A DNA stretch of 63,992 nucleotides, filler included, from Folioceros fuciformis (GCA_049999805.1; 5 parts of 5 records of this genome joined end to end with filler, not necessarily neighbours in it); one strand, 5' to 3'. Numbered from the whole stretch's first letter, positions 1 through 11,732 are shown. A program made the numbers and translations. Notes: generated by a model not told the origin, from the sequence alone.

Positions 1-123
1 CGTTTTAATGTAGCCAGGACATATTGCTTGTTTCCCTCAACCTTTTTGACATATCTATATATACACATCTTTGCCCTCGGTGTCATGGGTTGCTCAATCT
101 GCCATGAACCTATAAACGGAACA
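1..123 (+). repeat. 5' LTR (3' part) of Copia element 1
   Basis: 122/123 identical to 6140-6262 by manual comparison; ends in CA directly before the PBS. Confidence 0.95.
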
Positions 124-135
124 TGGTATCAGAGC
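124..135 (+). promoter_or_regulatory. Primer binding site (complementary to initiator tRNA-Met 3' end)
   Basis: TGGTATCAGAGC immediately after the LTR end. Confidence 0.95.
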
Positions 136-251
136 CCTGTGGCCTGATCGCCTGGTTCTGCTATGCATAGGCAGTTTGCTTCTTTGGTGTGTTTGTAAAT
201 TGCTTGTTTTTCTAATGGCAATTTGTCTCAAACCCTAGCACACAAGGCAAG

Positions 252-725
252 ATGCCCCGCAGGCAGATCTGCGAGCATTCTTGGCCAGATCTTGATAAGG
301 GAAAAGGAAGACGCTATTCTGAGCCTGACTTTGAGAAGCTATATTATAAGAAGGCAGCATATGCTGCCGAAATCAAAGACAGAGCCCGGTTTCTTGGCGC
401 ATTTCTTGACTCACAAACATCTGCAGCAAACAGCCGTGCATCAGCATCTGATCCTGGACAACTATTCAACGTTCAACCAAACTCTCAACGTCAGCAGAAA
501 TCCAGAACACGTCCAGAAGTTTTTACAGAACATCAGGCTATTCTTAACTCAATCCTGAATATCAAGACAACTGTTCTGGAATACACATCTCGAATAGATA
601 CTGTTCTAATTAGGCAGGAGCAACTTGAAAGGCTGAGAATTTCAGACCTCATGACGATGGCAAAGCAAGAGAGCGACATTAGCAGTCTCAGGGAGCAAAT
701 TGCTCGCCTGTCTGCACCAAACTAA
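252..725 (+). CDS. Extra 5' ORF (157 aa) of Copia element 1 with C-terminal coiled-coil-like region; function unknown
   Basis: Intact ATG-started ORF between the PBS and the gag ATG (750). Heptad-like C-terminus ILNSILNIKTTVLEYTSRIDTVLIRQEQLERL...ISSLREQIARL. Confidence 0.6.
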   Translation: MPRRQICEHSWPDLDKGKGRRYSEPDFEKLYYKKAAYAAEIKDRARFLGAFLDSQTSAANSRASASDPGQLFNVQPNSQRQQKSRTRPEVFTEHQAILNSILNIKTTVLEYTSRIDTVLIRQEQLERLRISDLMTMAKQESDISSLREQIARLSAPN

Positions 726-749
726 TTTGTTCTCGGCTCTGCAGGCATC

Positions 750-3700
750 ATGTCAGGATCAACTAATCTTGACTCAGGATCAGACCGGCTGACTCCGAGT
801 AATTTCGATGCCTGGAGCTTTAGGGTGCGCTGCATCCTTGAGGAGAAATTGCTGATGGAAGTGGTTGATGGCACTGTTCCCAAAAAGGTGACTGGTTAGC
901 CATCTGGAACCATGACACCGAACGGGGTAAATCAAGTACCCTGGACAAGAAAAGATGAGCTTGAGTGGACATACAAAGACAAGAAGGCACGTACCATTCT
1001 GGTGGCCTCTGTCTCGCAGGAAATGATTCCTCATATAAAGTTGACGCAGTCTTCAAACGAGGTCTGGTCACTGTTATCAGAAACCTATAAGTCGAAGGAT
1101 AAGATAACTGAGGCAACTGCAACCCTGCAATTTCAGACACTTCGTATGAGAGAAACTGATTCTGTTGAGAGTCATGTTGCTAAGTTTAGGGCTGCTAGAG
1201 CCAAACTAGCTTCTTGCGGAGTGATCACAGCTGAGTCAAGAGCAGCAGTACAATTATTGCTCTCTCTCCCACCAAGCTTTGAACAGTCCAGTGCTAGCAT
1301 CCAAACATCAGCTGTTGTCACCCCTACTACAGCAACCACTCCTTCCTCATCTAATCTTACTGTTCAGAAGGTCGTAGCAGCCCTTTTACAGTTTGAAGCA
1401 AACAGAAAGCATATGAAAGGAGGTAGTTCTTCTGCGTCACATAGACAGAGTGACACTGCCCTCTTCTCTGGGAGGGGTAGAGGACGTGGCAGGGGGAGAG
1501 GTAGAGGCAGAGGGGGCTTTGGGAGAGGTAGAGGTCAGTTTCAGCCTTCTACCCCAGCTAGTTCACATCCCAATTCCAATTCCTCGTCTACCACCAAATC
1601 AGGAAATTGTAACTACTGCGGCAAACCTGGTCACTGGATAAAAGACTGTCATAAAAGAATCAGAGATGAAGGTGCTAAAGGCAAACATCCTGCTGAGGCT
1701 CATACTGCTCGAGCCTCCACTCCAGGACTGCTAGTTGCGTGCCTTACCTCATCTAGAAAGGACTGTCAGAGATGGTATCTGGACAGTGGAGCTTCGAACC
1801 ATATGTGTTCTAGGAGAAAGTCCTTCATTACGTATGAAGCTTTTCCGACATGTCACCAGACAGCTGTTGTGTTAGGTGACAACTCGACAATTCCAATAAA
1901 AGGAATAGGCACAATACAAGTTACCTTACAGGATGGTAGTTTTCTGCTTTTGGAGAATGCTTTACATGTTCCTGCCATTACCAAGAATCTTGTTAGTACA
2001 ATGGCACTTGGGAAAACTAACAAGTATAGAATTACATTCGAAGGAGTGGAGTGTACCATTTATAGGCTGACAGCACCTTCAGTCATCATTGCTCGTGGGA
2101 AACCACAGTTCGATCTGTATCTGCTGGATTTTGTCTCAGACTTGCCATCGAATGAGTTTTCTGCACCTCCCACCAGTACGAATGTTATTAAGCAACCTTC
2201 AAATGCCTTTAAGTGGCATTGTAGACTTGGACACCCGAATATCAAAGCTATGAGGCGACTGTTGAAGGAGAAAATGGTAACAGGTTTTGTTGAGGGTGAG
2301 TTACCTGATCTTGACTTATGTGTTGCCTGTGTCCATGGCAAACAGTTTAAGTCACACTTTGGCAGCGGAAATCCTCGTAAAGCTACAGAACTGCTGGATC
2401 TGGTTCATACCGATATTTGTGGACCAATGTCAGCTACCTCATGGGGAGGAGCTCGGTATTTTGTTGTATTTGAAGATGACAGATCCCACTTCACTGTCAC
2501 TGAGCTCCTTCGTCACAAGAGTGAGGTGTTCTCCAGCTTTAAGCGTTATCTGGCATATGCAGAACGACAAACAGGCTTTAAGCTTAAGTGTATTCGTTCG
2601 GACAATGGGAAGGAGTACCTTTCCAATGCTTTTCAAGAGTACTGTCAGGAGAAGGGGATTACCAGGCAGTTGACAATCCCGTATCATTCTGACATGAATG
2701 GGCGTGCTGAACGCCGCCACAAGACTATTCAAGATGCTGCAAGGTCACTTCTTTATGAAGGGAGGCTGCCAATACGCTTCTGGGCAGAAGCTGTCCAGGT
2801 AGCCACTTACTTGCAGAATAGGTCAGCTGTTTCTTCCTTACAGGGTATCACACCTTTTGAAGCCTGGACAGGAAGCAAACCCGATTTGTCACATCTTAGA
2901 GTCTTTGGCAGCACTGCATATTCGCACATTCCTGATCAGCTACGTCATAAGTTTTCTTTTAAGTCTAAAAGACACATCTTCATAGGATACACTCCGGGTA
3001 TTCATGGCTACAAATTGTTCGAACCTGTCACAAGGAAGGTGATCCATGCAAGGACTGTTGCGTTTGATGAACGTCTTGTACTGTCCGTTCCTTCCCACTC
3101 CTTTAGTGACTTTCTCGACGAAGAAACTGTTGAACTTGAGCACTCTGTAGATGCAGGGGAGGAACCACAAGATATCATTAGTTTTTCCGACATAGACCCT
3201 TCTGATTTAGTACAAGATCCTGCACAACTGCCCTTACCGCCTGCTAATCCAGACCCTGGCCAACCCCCGCCAGCCCCTGATGAGAGGTCGTATGGAGATG
3301 ATCAGCCTCCCTTGCTCCCACATGATCAGTTAGATGTTGATGATGATCCTGTCCGCCCTGTCCCGTTACATGATGAGCTGTCTGAGGCCTGGTCTGTGGA
3401 TGACCCCGTGGAGTATGTTATTCCTGTCCCTCAGCCAGAACCCCCTAGGCGCTCTACCCGAATTCGGAGACCACCAGAACAGTGGAGAGAGCCTCCTTAC
3501 AGGATTGAAGATTTCAAGAAAGTACCTCGTCCCCATGGTTCTGGCTCTGATGAGGTAGTTGTCGACATGGTGAATCTTTCTCTCAATCCAGGCTATGAGC
3601 CTTCTACTTATGCTGAGGCCATTAGCGGACAAGACGCTACACACTGGAAAGCGGCTATACAGTCGGAGTATGACTCCCTTATACAAAACAACATGTGGGA

Positions 3701-4970
3701 GCTCTGTCCTCCGCCTGTGGGGAGGAAGATAGTTACCTCAAAATGGGTGTTTAAACTCAAATACAAAGCTTATGGAAGCATAGCCAGGTACAAGGCTAGG
3801 TTAGTAGCCTGTGGTTTCTCACAAGTCCCTGGTTTAGACTATCATGACACCTTCTCCCCTGTTGTAAAGGCTCAGTCCCTGAGAGTTCTGTTTGCTATGT
3901 TTGCTTTCTTTTCCCTGCACATCCACCAAATGGATGTTAAAACGGCATTCCTACATGGGAAATTAGAGGAAGAGATCTTCATGCAGCAGCCTGAGGGATA
4001 TGAGCTTACCGGAAGTGAGGATTGGGTGTGTAAGCTCTTGAAGACCTTATATGGTCTCAAATAGAGTCCTCGTGCGTGGTACGAGTGTATAGATGAATTT
4101 TTGATAGGTCTAGGCTTCCTTAAAAGCGTTGCTAACACAAACGTGTATCTTCTGCAAGAGAAAGGTGGTTTTGTTATTTTGGCACTCTATGTAGATGATT
4201 GCAAGTTGTCTGTTCAGCAGTCTCCACAGACTGCCCAAGAGAAGCATGAGATGGAGGCTGTGCCATACGCATAAGCAGTGGGGTCACTCATATTTTGCTC
4301 AAATCACACTCGACCAGATGTTGCTCTGCCAGTTAGTTTGGTGTCCCAATACCTGAAGTAGCCAGGCAGAGCCCATTGGTCAGCAACCAAGAGAATTCTG
4401 AGGTATCTCAAAGGGACTAGTGGCCATGGAATTCACTACACAAGACGAAGCGATGGAGAGGAAGACCTTACCCTCATAGGATACTGTGATGCTGACTGGG
4501 CTGCGGACCAAGACACGAGAAGGTTAGTTTCCGCCTATGCCTTCTTGCTTGCAGGTGGAGCAGTTACATGGTCGTCGAAGAAACAAACAACTGTTTCCTT
4601 ATCTTCCACCGAAGCAGAATATTCTGCTCTGACTCAAGCTGCGAAGGAAGCAATCTGGCTGCGACGACTCCTAGCGGATTTGGGTCAGGAGCAGCAGAGT
4701 CCCACAATTATCTATTGTGACAACCAGTCTGCCCTTGCTCTAGCTCGGAATCCAGTTTACCATGCCCGGACTAAGCACATAGAAGTGCATCACCACTTTG
4801 TGAGGCATGCAGTTGAGACGAAACAGGTGAGGTTAGAGTATATTCCAACTGAGCAGAATGCGGCAGATATACTTACCAAAGCATTACCTAGGTTGAAGCA
4901 CCATCAATTCAAAGAGTCTTTAGGAGTCTTAAGTCCACTTCACGTCACAGACAAGTCCAGCCGTAAGTGA
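750..4970 (+). pseudogene. Copia gag-pol polyprotein, disabled (in-frame stops and an RT internal deletion)
   Basis: Gag start MSGSTNLDSGSDRLTPSNFDAW, zinc knuckle CNYCGKPGHWIKDC, protease WYLDSGAS, integrase HTDICGP/RSDNGKEY, RT QMDVKTAFLHG/YVDD, RNase H GYCDADWA/IYCDNQSA/ADILTKAL. Stops at 897, 4062, ~4272 and ~4358. Confidence 0.95.
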
Positions 4971-5247
4971 GGAAACTACTGTGAGGCTGATAAGTAGGTA
5001 TCAAGGTCAGAAACTTATGCTACTTTCTAAGTCCTACCTACTAGTGCCAGCCTATGATGATCCCTTGTCTTCAGAACTGGAAGGTGACAGGAATTTAGAT
5101 CTGCCTCTCCTGTCTGCCTGTTGCAGGCCAACAAAATTGGGATCAAAGTCTGGCCCTTCGTCATTGGTCTCTTCGTCTGTTTCATCAGTCCAGTTGACAC
5201 CAGCCTCCTCAGCCATCCTCTCCCTGGATACTGTTGTCATAATCGAA

Positions 5248-5805
5248 TCATTTGGTCAGAACTTTACTACAGCAGGTCACACCACGACAATAGTGGGAGT
5301 AGCATAGACAAGCTGCGAATTTTGCCATACCGTAGAAGGAGATGAAGTTCCCGTCGTGGCCTCCCCATCTCCACCAATTCTGCCGAAACATCATGATTTT
5401 AGTTGTTGGGCAGATGTACACCTCCGGCGTTCCAGGGTCGTCAACACCGTCACCGTCAGTGACTACTCTTCTTCCCTGGTATAGATGCCCTGTCGGAAGC
5501 TTGTACTCCCGAGCCTGGAAGTCCTCTAGCAGCACAATCTGGTCAAGACCTTCAGTTAGCTTCTCAGTTCTAGTTTTCCCATAGTTGAAGGAGCGAGGAG
5601 CAGAATTAGAGGTCAAAGCACCAGCTCTCCTTAGGTCAGAGACTTCCTTGGCCAGCTTCTCTTCCCTCACCTTCGCTTCCCGTAGCAGTTTCTGCCAGTA
5701 TTTGGCTCCACCTCTGTCAGCCACTCTCCAAGCAGGTTCCCCATCAGCATGGACCGGACACGGCGGCAAATCTGCAGCAGGACATGAGCAGATTTTGTGC
5801 CTCAT
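5248..5805 (-). CDS. Antisense ORF (185 aa) in the 3' region of Copia element 1; Cys-rich ends and a short coiled coil; function unknown
   Basis: Uninterrupted ORF with good start context (aagccATG) between the RNase H stop (4970) and the PPT (6041). Motifs CSC-x6-CPVH and KYWQKLLREAKVREEKLAKEVSDLRR. Confidence 0.55.
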   Translation of the reverse strand: MRHKICSCPAADLPPCPVHADGEPAWRVADRGGAKYWQKLLREAKVREEKLAKEVSDLRRAGALTSNSAPRSFNYGKTRTEKLTEGLDQIVLLEDFQAREYKLPTGHLYQGRRVVTDGDGVDDPGTPEVYICPTTKIMMFRQNWWRWGGHDGNFISFYGMAKFAACLCYSHYCRGVTCCSKVLTK

Positions 5806-6049
5806 GGCTTGAATCCCTAGTGTTTCTCTTGTTGCTAGGGCGGCTGCAGAGAGGCGTTGTGAAGGCAGTGGTCCGTTCTCAGAGGCGCACTGGAATCCGC
5901 CGAGGCTTGCATCGTCAGAAGCTGACAGGTCAATCGGAGCTGCGTGAGCTGGTGTATTCGACGCGAGAGAGAAGACTGTGCCTGAGCGTACATCGACCTT
6001 GTTGTACCCGGTGGTTAATTGTTATATCCGTATATCCAATGAGAGGGGG

Positions 6050-6262
6050 TGTTGATTATTTAATTAATACTTATAGAGCATTGTATATACCTAGGGCACC
6101 GTTCATAACCCTAGATGAATGTTAGTTGGTAGTTGTAACCGTTTTAATGTAGCCAGGACATATTGCTTGTTTCCCTCAACCTTTTTAACATATCTATATA
6201 TACACATCTTTGCCCTCGGTGTCATGGGTTGCTCAATCTGCCATGAACCTATAAACGGAACA
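6050..6262 (+). repeat. 3' LTR of Copia element 1 (213 bp)
   Basis: Follows the PPT, has TGTT...AACA termini and matches 1-123. Confidence 0.95.
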
Positions 6263-9009
6263 GCCATCAAGAGCGCCACATAGATTGTCGCTAGATGAGC
6301 TTCAAGAATTGAAGAGACAAATGTCTAACTTGTTAGCCAAGGGCTATGTTAGAGTCTCAAAATCCCCTTGGTGCGCCAGTATTGTTTATGCGAAAGAAGA
6401 ATGGAGGATTAAGGTTATGCTTGGATTACAGAGCACTCAACCAGATAACAGTCAAAAATTCCTATCCTTTGCCAAGGATAAATGATATGTTTGACAAGTT
6501 GAAAGGTGCTAAGTATTTTACCAGACTGGATTTGATGGCTAGTTATTACCAGATTCGCATCGCAGAAGGACATGAATACAAAACTCCTTGTAGGACAAGG
6601 TATGGATCTTTTGAATTTCTAGTCATGCCATTTGGACTCACTAATGCACCAGCCACATTTCAGACTCTCATGAATAGTATATTCAGAGATCTGTTGGATG
6701 AGTGTGTTGTGATCTATTTGGATGACATTTTGATATTCAGTTCTACCTTAGAGGAGCATGTCCAACACTTGAAGAAAGTGTTGGAAAGGTTAAGGGCAAA
6801 TTCTTTGTTCTTAGCTATAACAAAGTGTGACTTTGTTAAGGAAGAAATAGACTTCCTTGGATTCAATGTCTCTGCGGATGGAATCAGGATGGATCCTGAT
6901 AAGGTAAAAGCCATACAGAGTTGGCTGCCACCAAGCAATGTGCATGAAGTGCTTATATTTTTAGGATTGGCTAGCGTGTACAGAAGATTTGTACCAATGT
7001 TTGCCAAAATTGCTGCCCCATTAACTGATCTCTTGAAGAAGGTGAAGACATGGAAGTAGGATGAAGAATGTCAAAGGGCATTTGAGTTTCTCAAGTTGAA
7101 ACTCAGCACTACCCCAGTACTAGCAATCTATGATCCAAAGAAATATATAGAAGTGTATACTGATGCGTCAGATACAGCTATTGGAGGAGTGCTTATGCAA
7201 GAAGGTAGGCCAGTGGCTTACGAACCAAGAAAGTTGCATGAACATGAGAGGAAATACCCCACATATAAGAAGGAGATGACAGCCGTCATCAATTGTCTCA
7301 AGATTTGGAGACACTATCTTCTTGGAAGATCTTTTGTGCTGTACACAAATAATGTAAGTACAAGCTTCTTTTCTAATCAGCTGCGACTAAATGCTAGACA
7401 AGCTAGATGGCAAGATTTCCTAGCGATGTATGATGTAGAGATTAAGTACAAGCCAGGGAAGGAAAATCTCGTGGCAGATGCTCTTAGTCGCAAGCAGGAG
7501 TTGAGTTTAATGTCTGTTTTTAAGCTGAAGAATCCTAAGCTAGCTACAACACAGATGGTGATTGAGCCAAGGGACACTCACACGCAGATTAAGGAGGCTT
7601 ATTTGCATGATCCATTAATGCAAGATTGGATCAACGAGATAGAGCAACCGGGGTCTAAGTTTAAGCTTAGAAATGGCTTGTTAATGTTCAAGCAAAACAG
7701 GATTGTGATTCCTGATTCTCAAGAGTTGAGAAAAAAGTTGCTTGCAGAATGTCACGATGTGCTAAGTGCTGGTCATCGGGGAATTGACACAACTTATGAG
7801 AAGTTGAAGAAGCTGTTTTACTGGCCTGGAATGTACAAACATACTGTAGAGTATGTGAAGTCTTGTGTAGACTGTCAGCAGGATAAAGTAGAGCAGACAA
7901 ATCCACGAGGTTTGTTGCAACCCCTACCTATTCCAAGTGGGCCTTGGAAGAGTATATCAATGGATTTTGTTATGCCATTGCCACCCAGTAATGGATACAC
8001 AGCTATCATGACAGTTGTTGATAGGTTCAGCAAGCAAGCACACTTTATCCCCACGAAGAAGCAAGTGAAGGCTTTAGAAGTTGCTCAATTGTTTAAGAAG
8101 CATATCTATGTGTTACATGGATTGCCTATGCAAATTGTGAGTGATAGAGATCCCTGATTCACAACGGAACTTTGGCAACAGCTTATGAAGAGCTTGGGAG
8201 TGCAACTATGTCTAAGTACAGCATATCACCCTAATACAGATGGATCTACATAAAGAGCAAACAGAATCCAAGAGGAATACTTACGACACTATGTACAAAT
8301 GGACCAGAGGAACTGGAGTAATCATCTTGAGGATGCAGAGTTTTGTTATAATAATACTGTACATAGCTCCACAGGCTATACACCTTTTCAGATGACAGGT
8401 AACGAAGCAATGGACGCAGTTTCCATGTTGAATGCTGACGTGTTTGAGACAGTAGCAAGAGAACCACGTGAATTTATTGAGCAGTTAAGCGCCAGGCATG
8501 AAATTGCTAAGAGGATTTTGGCCAAAGCTCAAGACAGGCAAAAGAAGTTTGCTAATAGGCACAGGAAAGAGGCAGAATTTCAAGTGGGTGACAAGGTTTG
8601 GGTAAAGTTGAAACACTTCCCAGTACCTCAAGGATTGTCCCCAAAGTTAAGGCCTAAGTATGGAGGTCCTTTTATAGTTCTGAAGCGCATTGGGAATGTG
8701 GCTTACAAACTACAACAGCCTAATTGGATCTTCTCTCATGATGTGTTTCATGTCTCTTTGCTGAAACCGTTTGTGATTTCGAAAGAGAATGAAGACATGA
8801 ACAGGAAAGACTATGTTATCCTGGTTCAATATAACCATAGTCTGCAAGAGATTGTTGAATTTCTAGCAGAAAGAGAAGTGCCTTCTGTCCGTGGTAATGT
8901 TCTAGAGTATCTAGTAAGACTTCGTGATTTTGCAGATCCTGTCTGGGTTTCACTTCAAGATGTGCAACAAGGATCATGGATGATCTCACGTTATACTGCA
9001 GGTTATTGA
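6263..9009 (+). pseudogene. Ty3/Gypsy (chromovirus-like) pol: RT, RNase H, integrase, C-terminal chromodomain-like region; degenerate
   Basis: RLCLDYRALN, VMPFGLTNAPATFQ, YLDDILI, YTDASD, GHRG...CVDC, SMDFV...VDRFSK, GPF/HDVFHVSLLKP, and IVEFLAERE...YLVRLRDF..PVWV. Frameshift near 6370; stops at 7057 and 8155. Confidence 0.93.
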
Positions 9010-9039
9010 GGACAATGACATCTTCCTAGTGGGGGAGAG

Positions 9040-9618
9040 AGTAATGGCATAAGGTGGTATAAGTGAAACAAGGTGAAAGTTAAAAGTAGAAAGGTGAAAG
9101 CTAAATCTAGAGCTGTCTTGATGAAGAAGCAAGTATGCTTCTTGTTGCCTTTGGAAACAAAATGTGTGTTCTAGGCAAAACCTCCTAAGAAAGATGGAGT
9201 TGTAATGACCACTAGTATTCTAAGATGAGTGGTGTGTATCATTCCTAGCTTTAGCAGTGGCTTAGCTGTGGAGTATAAATAGGCCAGTGTTAGGTTCCTT
9301 AAGGAGTATAAATAGGCTAGTCTTAGGTTCTTAAGGATATACTGTGATACACTGATACACAAAGAGGCAGACAGTGAGAAGTCTAGCCTTAAGGCATAGC
9401 TGTGGAGGGCTTGAAGAGCAAGCTTGTCAGATAGAGTCGAGGGCAGTAGCCAGTGGGGCGTAGATCGCCAGACTCTTTGTAAGTATCTGGAATAAAGAGC
9501 AGTACCTAGAGGAGGTGGTTTGCCAATGAGTGAATTGTAAGTGGAGGCCGTTGCAGATTCGAGGCCGTTGCTTCGTTTTACGCTGTGTAAGGAAGGGGTA
9601 AGGAAGGGGGCTGTTACG
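9040..9618 (+). repeat. 3' LTR of the Gypsy element (boundaries approximate)
   Basis: Follows PPT GGGGGAGAG (~9031-9039), contains TATAAATA boxes and ends GGGGCTGTTACG (typical ...GTTACA end with one change). Confidence 0.7.
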
Positions 9619-9965
9619 CTACTTTGCTATGAGATTACGCGTTTAAAGTTTTTTGATCAAACACAAGTTCGTGTACGATGTTGTCTCAGGGTCTTTTCTC
9701 ACAGACACATCGTGGTCTTTTATATGCCAGTCTATCCCTCGTCGAAATTCCTGAGCGTCTTCAACTGAGAAAAAGCTGCAAGGCGTGAGTGGAAGGCAAA
9801 ATTCTACCCCGCGTCCTCTACCACTGATGGTTGTTCCTTGAACGGCGGCAACAACTGGTCCACTACCAGGCTCACCTACCAAATCTGAGTAGGCAGGCGT
9901 TACGATCGTTCTGCACTTACTCCTGGAGCTTTCTGAGCTACGTGGTTCTTGAGGAGGGCTTGATT

Positions 9966-11604
9966 TCAGGGAAAGGTGTACCCATAGAGATGGTTCATCT
10001 TCATGTAGGTGATCACGTTGTCTGACGTCAAGTACTTCACAGACAGCCCTCTTCCGAACAGTCGTCTGTGGACGTCAGGCGGAACGGTGAGACAACAACC
10101 CACTTCTGTTTCTTCGCCAGATGAGAGATATGGAATACGGTTATGGTTCTGGTAGTACAGTACCTCACGTTCGTCGAGCTGATGTCATTTGTAACAGCGT
10201 CATCAACAATGAATATGTTTCTCTGGAAGGGATGAGAGTCAGAGATCTTCCTCGTAGCCAGACAAGGATAGAGCACTCAAGGAAGCCGCAGGTTATTCCA
10301 CAGAGGATAGAGAACTGGAGACGTACTTTGTTTCGGTAAAGAATGTCGTTCTCGAATATGATTCTTCGTGCATCATTTCCCAACCTTGACACACAGACAA
10401 TCCCAAATTCCTGACAGATGGTCTGGACCTGCAGCGCACAGAATTTAGGAAGAGGTTTTAGATGAGTTTAGTCTGCACCGGGAACGAGGAGCTCATTTCT
10501 CGGCACACAGCGTTTTCTGTTTCTGCAAACCTGTTCAGGAATCCAAATGCCAGGAGTGCTGAATGATTCTAGTAGATCTGAACCACACAGCAGGAGAATC
10601 TTGATTTTATCTGCAGTCATAGGAAAGGGGAGAAACAAGGCATCTCAAAAGAAGTGCAGAGACACTGCTAGTAAGAGAAAAATTGTGTTGCACTTGCAGC
10701 ACGAAGCAGGACACTCGTAACCCAGCCGAGTCTAACACAATACCGTCGCTTGGGAGTCCAAGGTTGTTGATAGTTTGGTCGATGCGACTCAGTACTGTCA
10801 GGGATCTCTGAGTGGTTGCCTGTTTGGCCTACTTCAACCATGCACTACAAGACGTTTTAGTCCAGTGAAGTCATCTTAAAAATGAATAACTAGGAAGATC
10901 AACACGACACAGTCCAACACATTGGAAGACTGTAGAGAAGTCAAGACATGACACTGGCACTGATGCATGGCAAAGGCTTACCTCCCACGCATCTACCATG
11001 ATAAATGGCGAATCATCAGTTGCTAGCTGGCACATCTTGATCCGATGCTCTGCTAGAGCCAGACCCTGTTCACCTTGCAAAAAACGTCAGTCCAGTCTAG
11101 GCATGTTTCCTCCTGGGTCCATGCGCATGATATGCTGCAATCACTCCATTACCTTTTTGCCATAGGCATCATTGACTGGAGACATGTAACCGCCCAGCAC
11201 GTCATACCCATTCATCATCAACTCGTCTCTTGCAAGTTCTGCAGATTAACAGAAGCTTCTCAGTAATTTTACAGTAAAACAAAACCAGGTAGCACAATAA
11301 CAGTCCACAACATAAAACACTTCGAGGTTATCAAACCTACCGAACATACGGAGGTGCATGTAAGTAGGAGGATTGAAGCTTCCGGTAGATACTAAAACAG
11401 CTCTAGGTCTTCTCCTGCAAATGAAATGACCACTTTAAAGTGGCAACGCCATCAGGAGAAGAGCACATCAGGCCTCCCCCGAACAGAGCAGTAGAAATAG
11501 CTGCAATTACATCTTCATTCTGTTGACTTACTGCTCATGTGCATCTGTCGTGGGGGGTGGATAGCTCAACTTGGTTGTTGGGAAGGGAACATCTATCACA
11601 GCTT
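9966..11604 (-). CDS. NMNAT: Nicotinamide/nicotinate mononucleotide adenylyltransferase, 9 exons; predicted C-terminal part of a trihelix-NMNAT fusion
   Basis: Spliced translation: AVIDVPFPTTKLSY, VLVSTGSFNPPTYMHLRMFELARDEL, GGYMSPVNDAYGKK, AEHRIKMCQLA..MVDAWE, LLCGSDLLESFSTPGIW, ISSTNVRR, GLSVKYLT...HLY. All introns GT-AG and in phase; stop at 9966-9968. Confidence 0.95.
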
Positions 11605-11732
11605 CTGCACAGTGCCCCACACACCCTAAGAAAGACTCTACACACATTAGACGAGTAGACTATATGCGGTTCGACAAGCTACATCAGAAGAAGAAAGACA
11701 GCCACCTGAAGCAACACCATGCACACAAATAC

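Larger units (their letters stand above)
1..6262 (+). mobile_element. Ty1/Copia LTR retrotransposon (element 1), near full length, with extra 5' and antisense 3' ORFs; inserted into a Gypsy pol gene
   Basis: Partial 5' LTR 1-123 matches 6140-6262 with one mismatch. PBS TGGTATCAGAGC 124-135, gag-PR-INT-RT-RH order, PPT GAGAGGGGG 6041-6049, 3' LTR TGTT...AACA 6050-6262. Confidence 0.97.

Noticed and set aside
1470-1540. Long GR/RGG repeat in gag
   Set aside because: Common low-complexity nucleic-acid-binding stretch before the Copia zinc knuckle.
252-5805. Calling the extra Copia ORFs env-like
   Set aside because: No convincing transmembrane segment or signal peptide is visible, and the 3' ORF is antisense.
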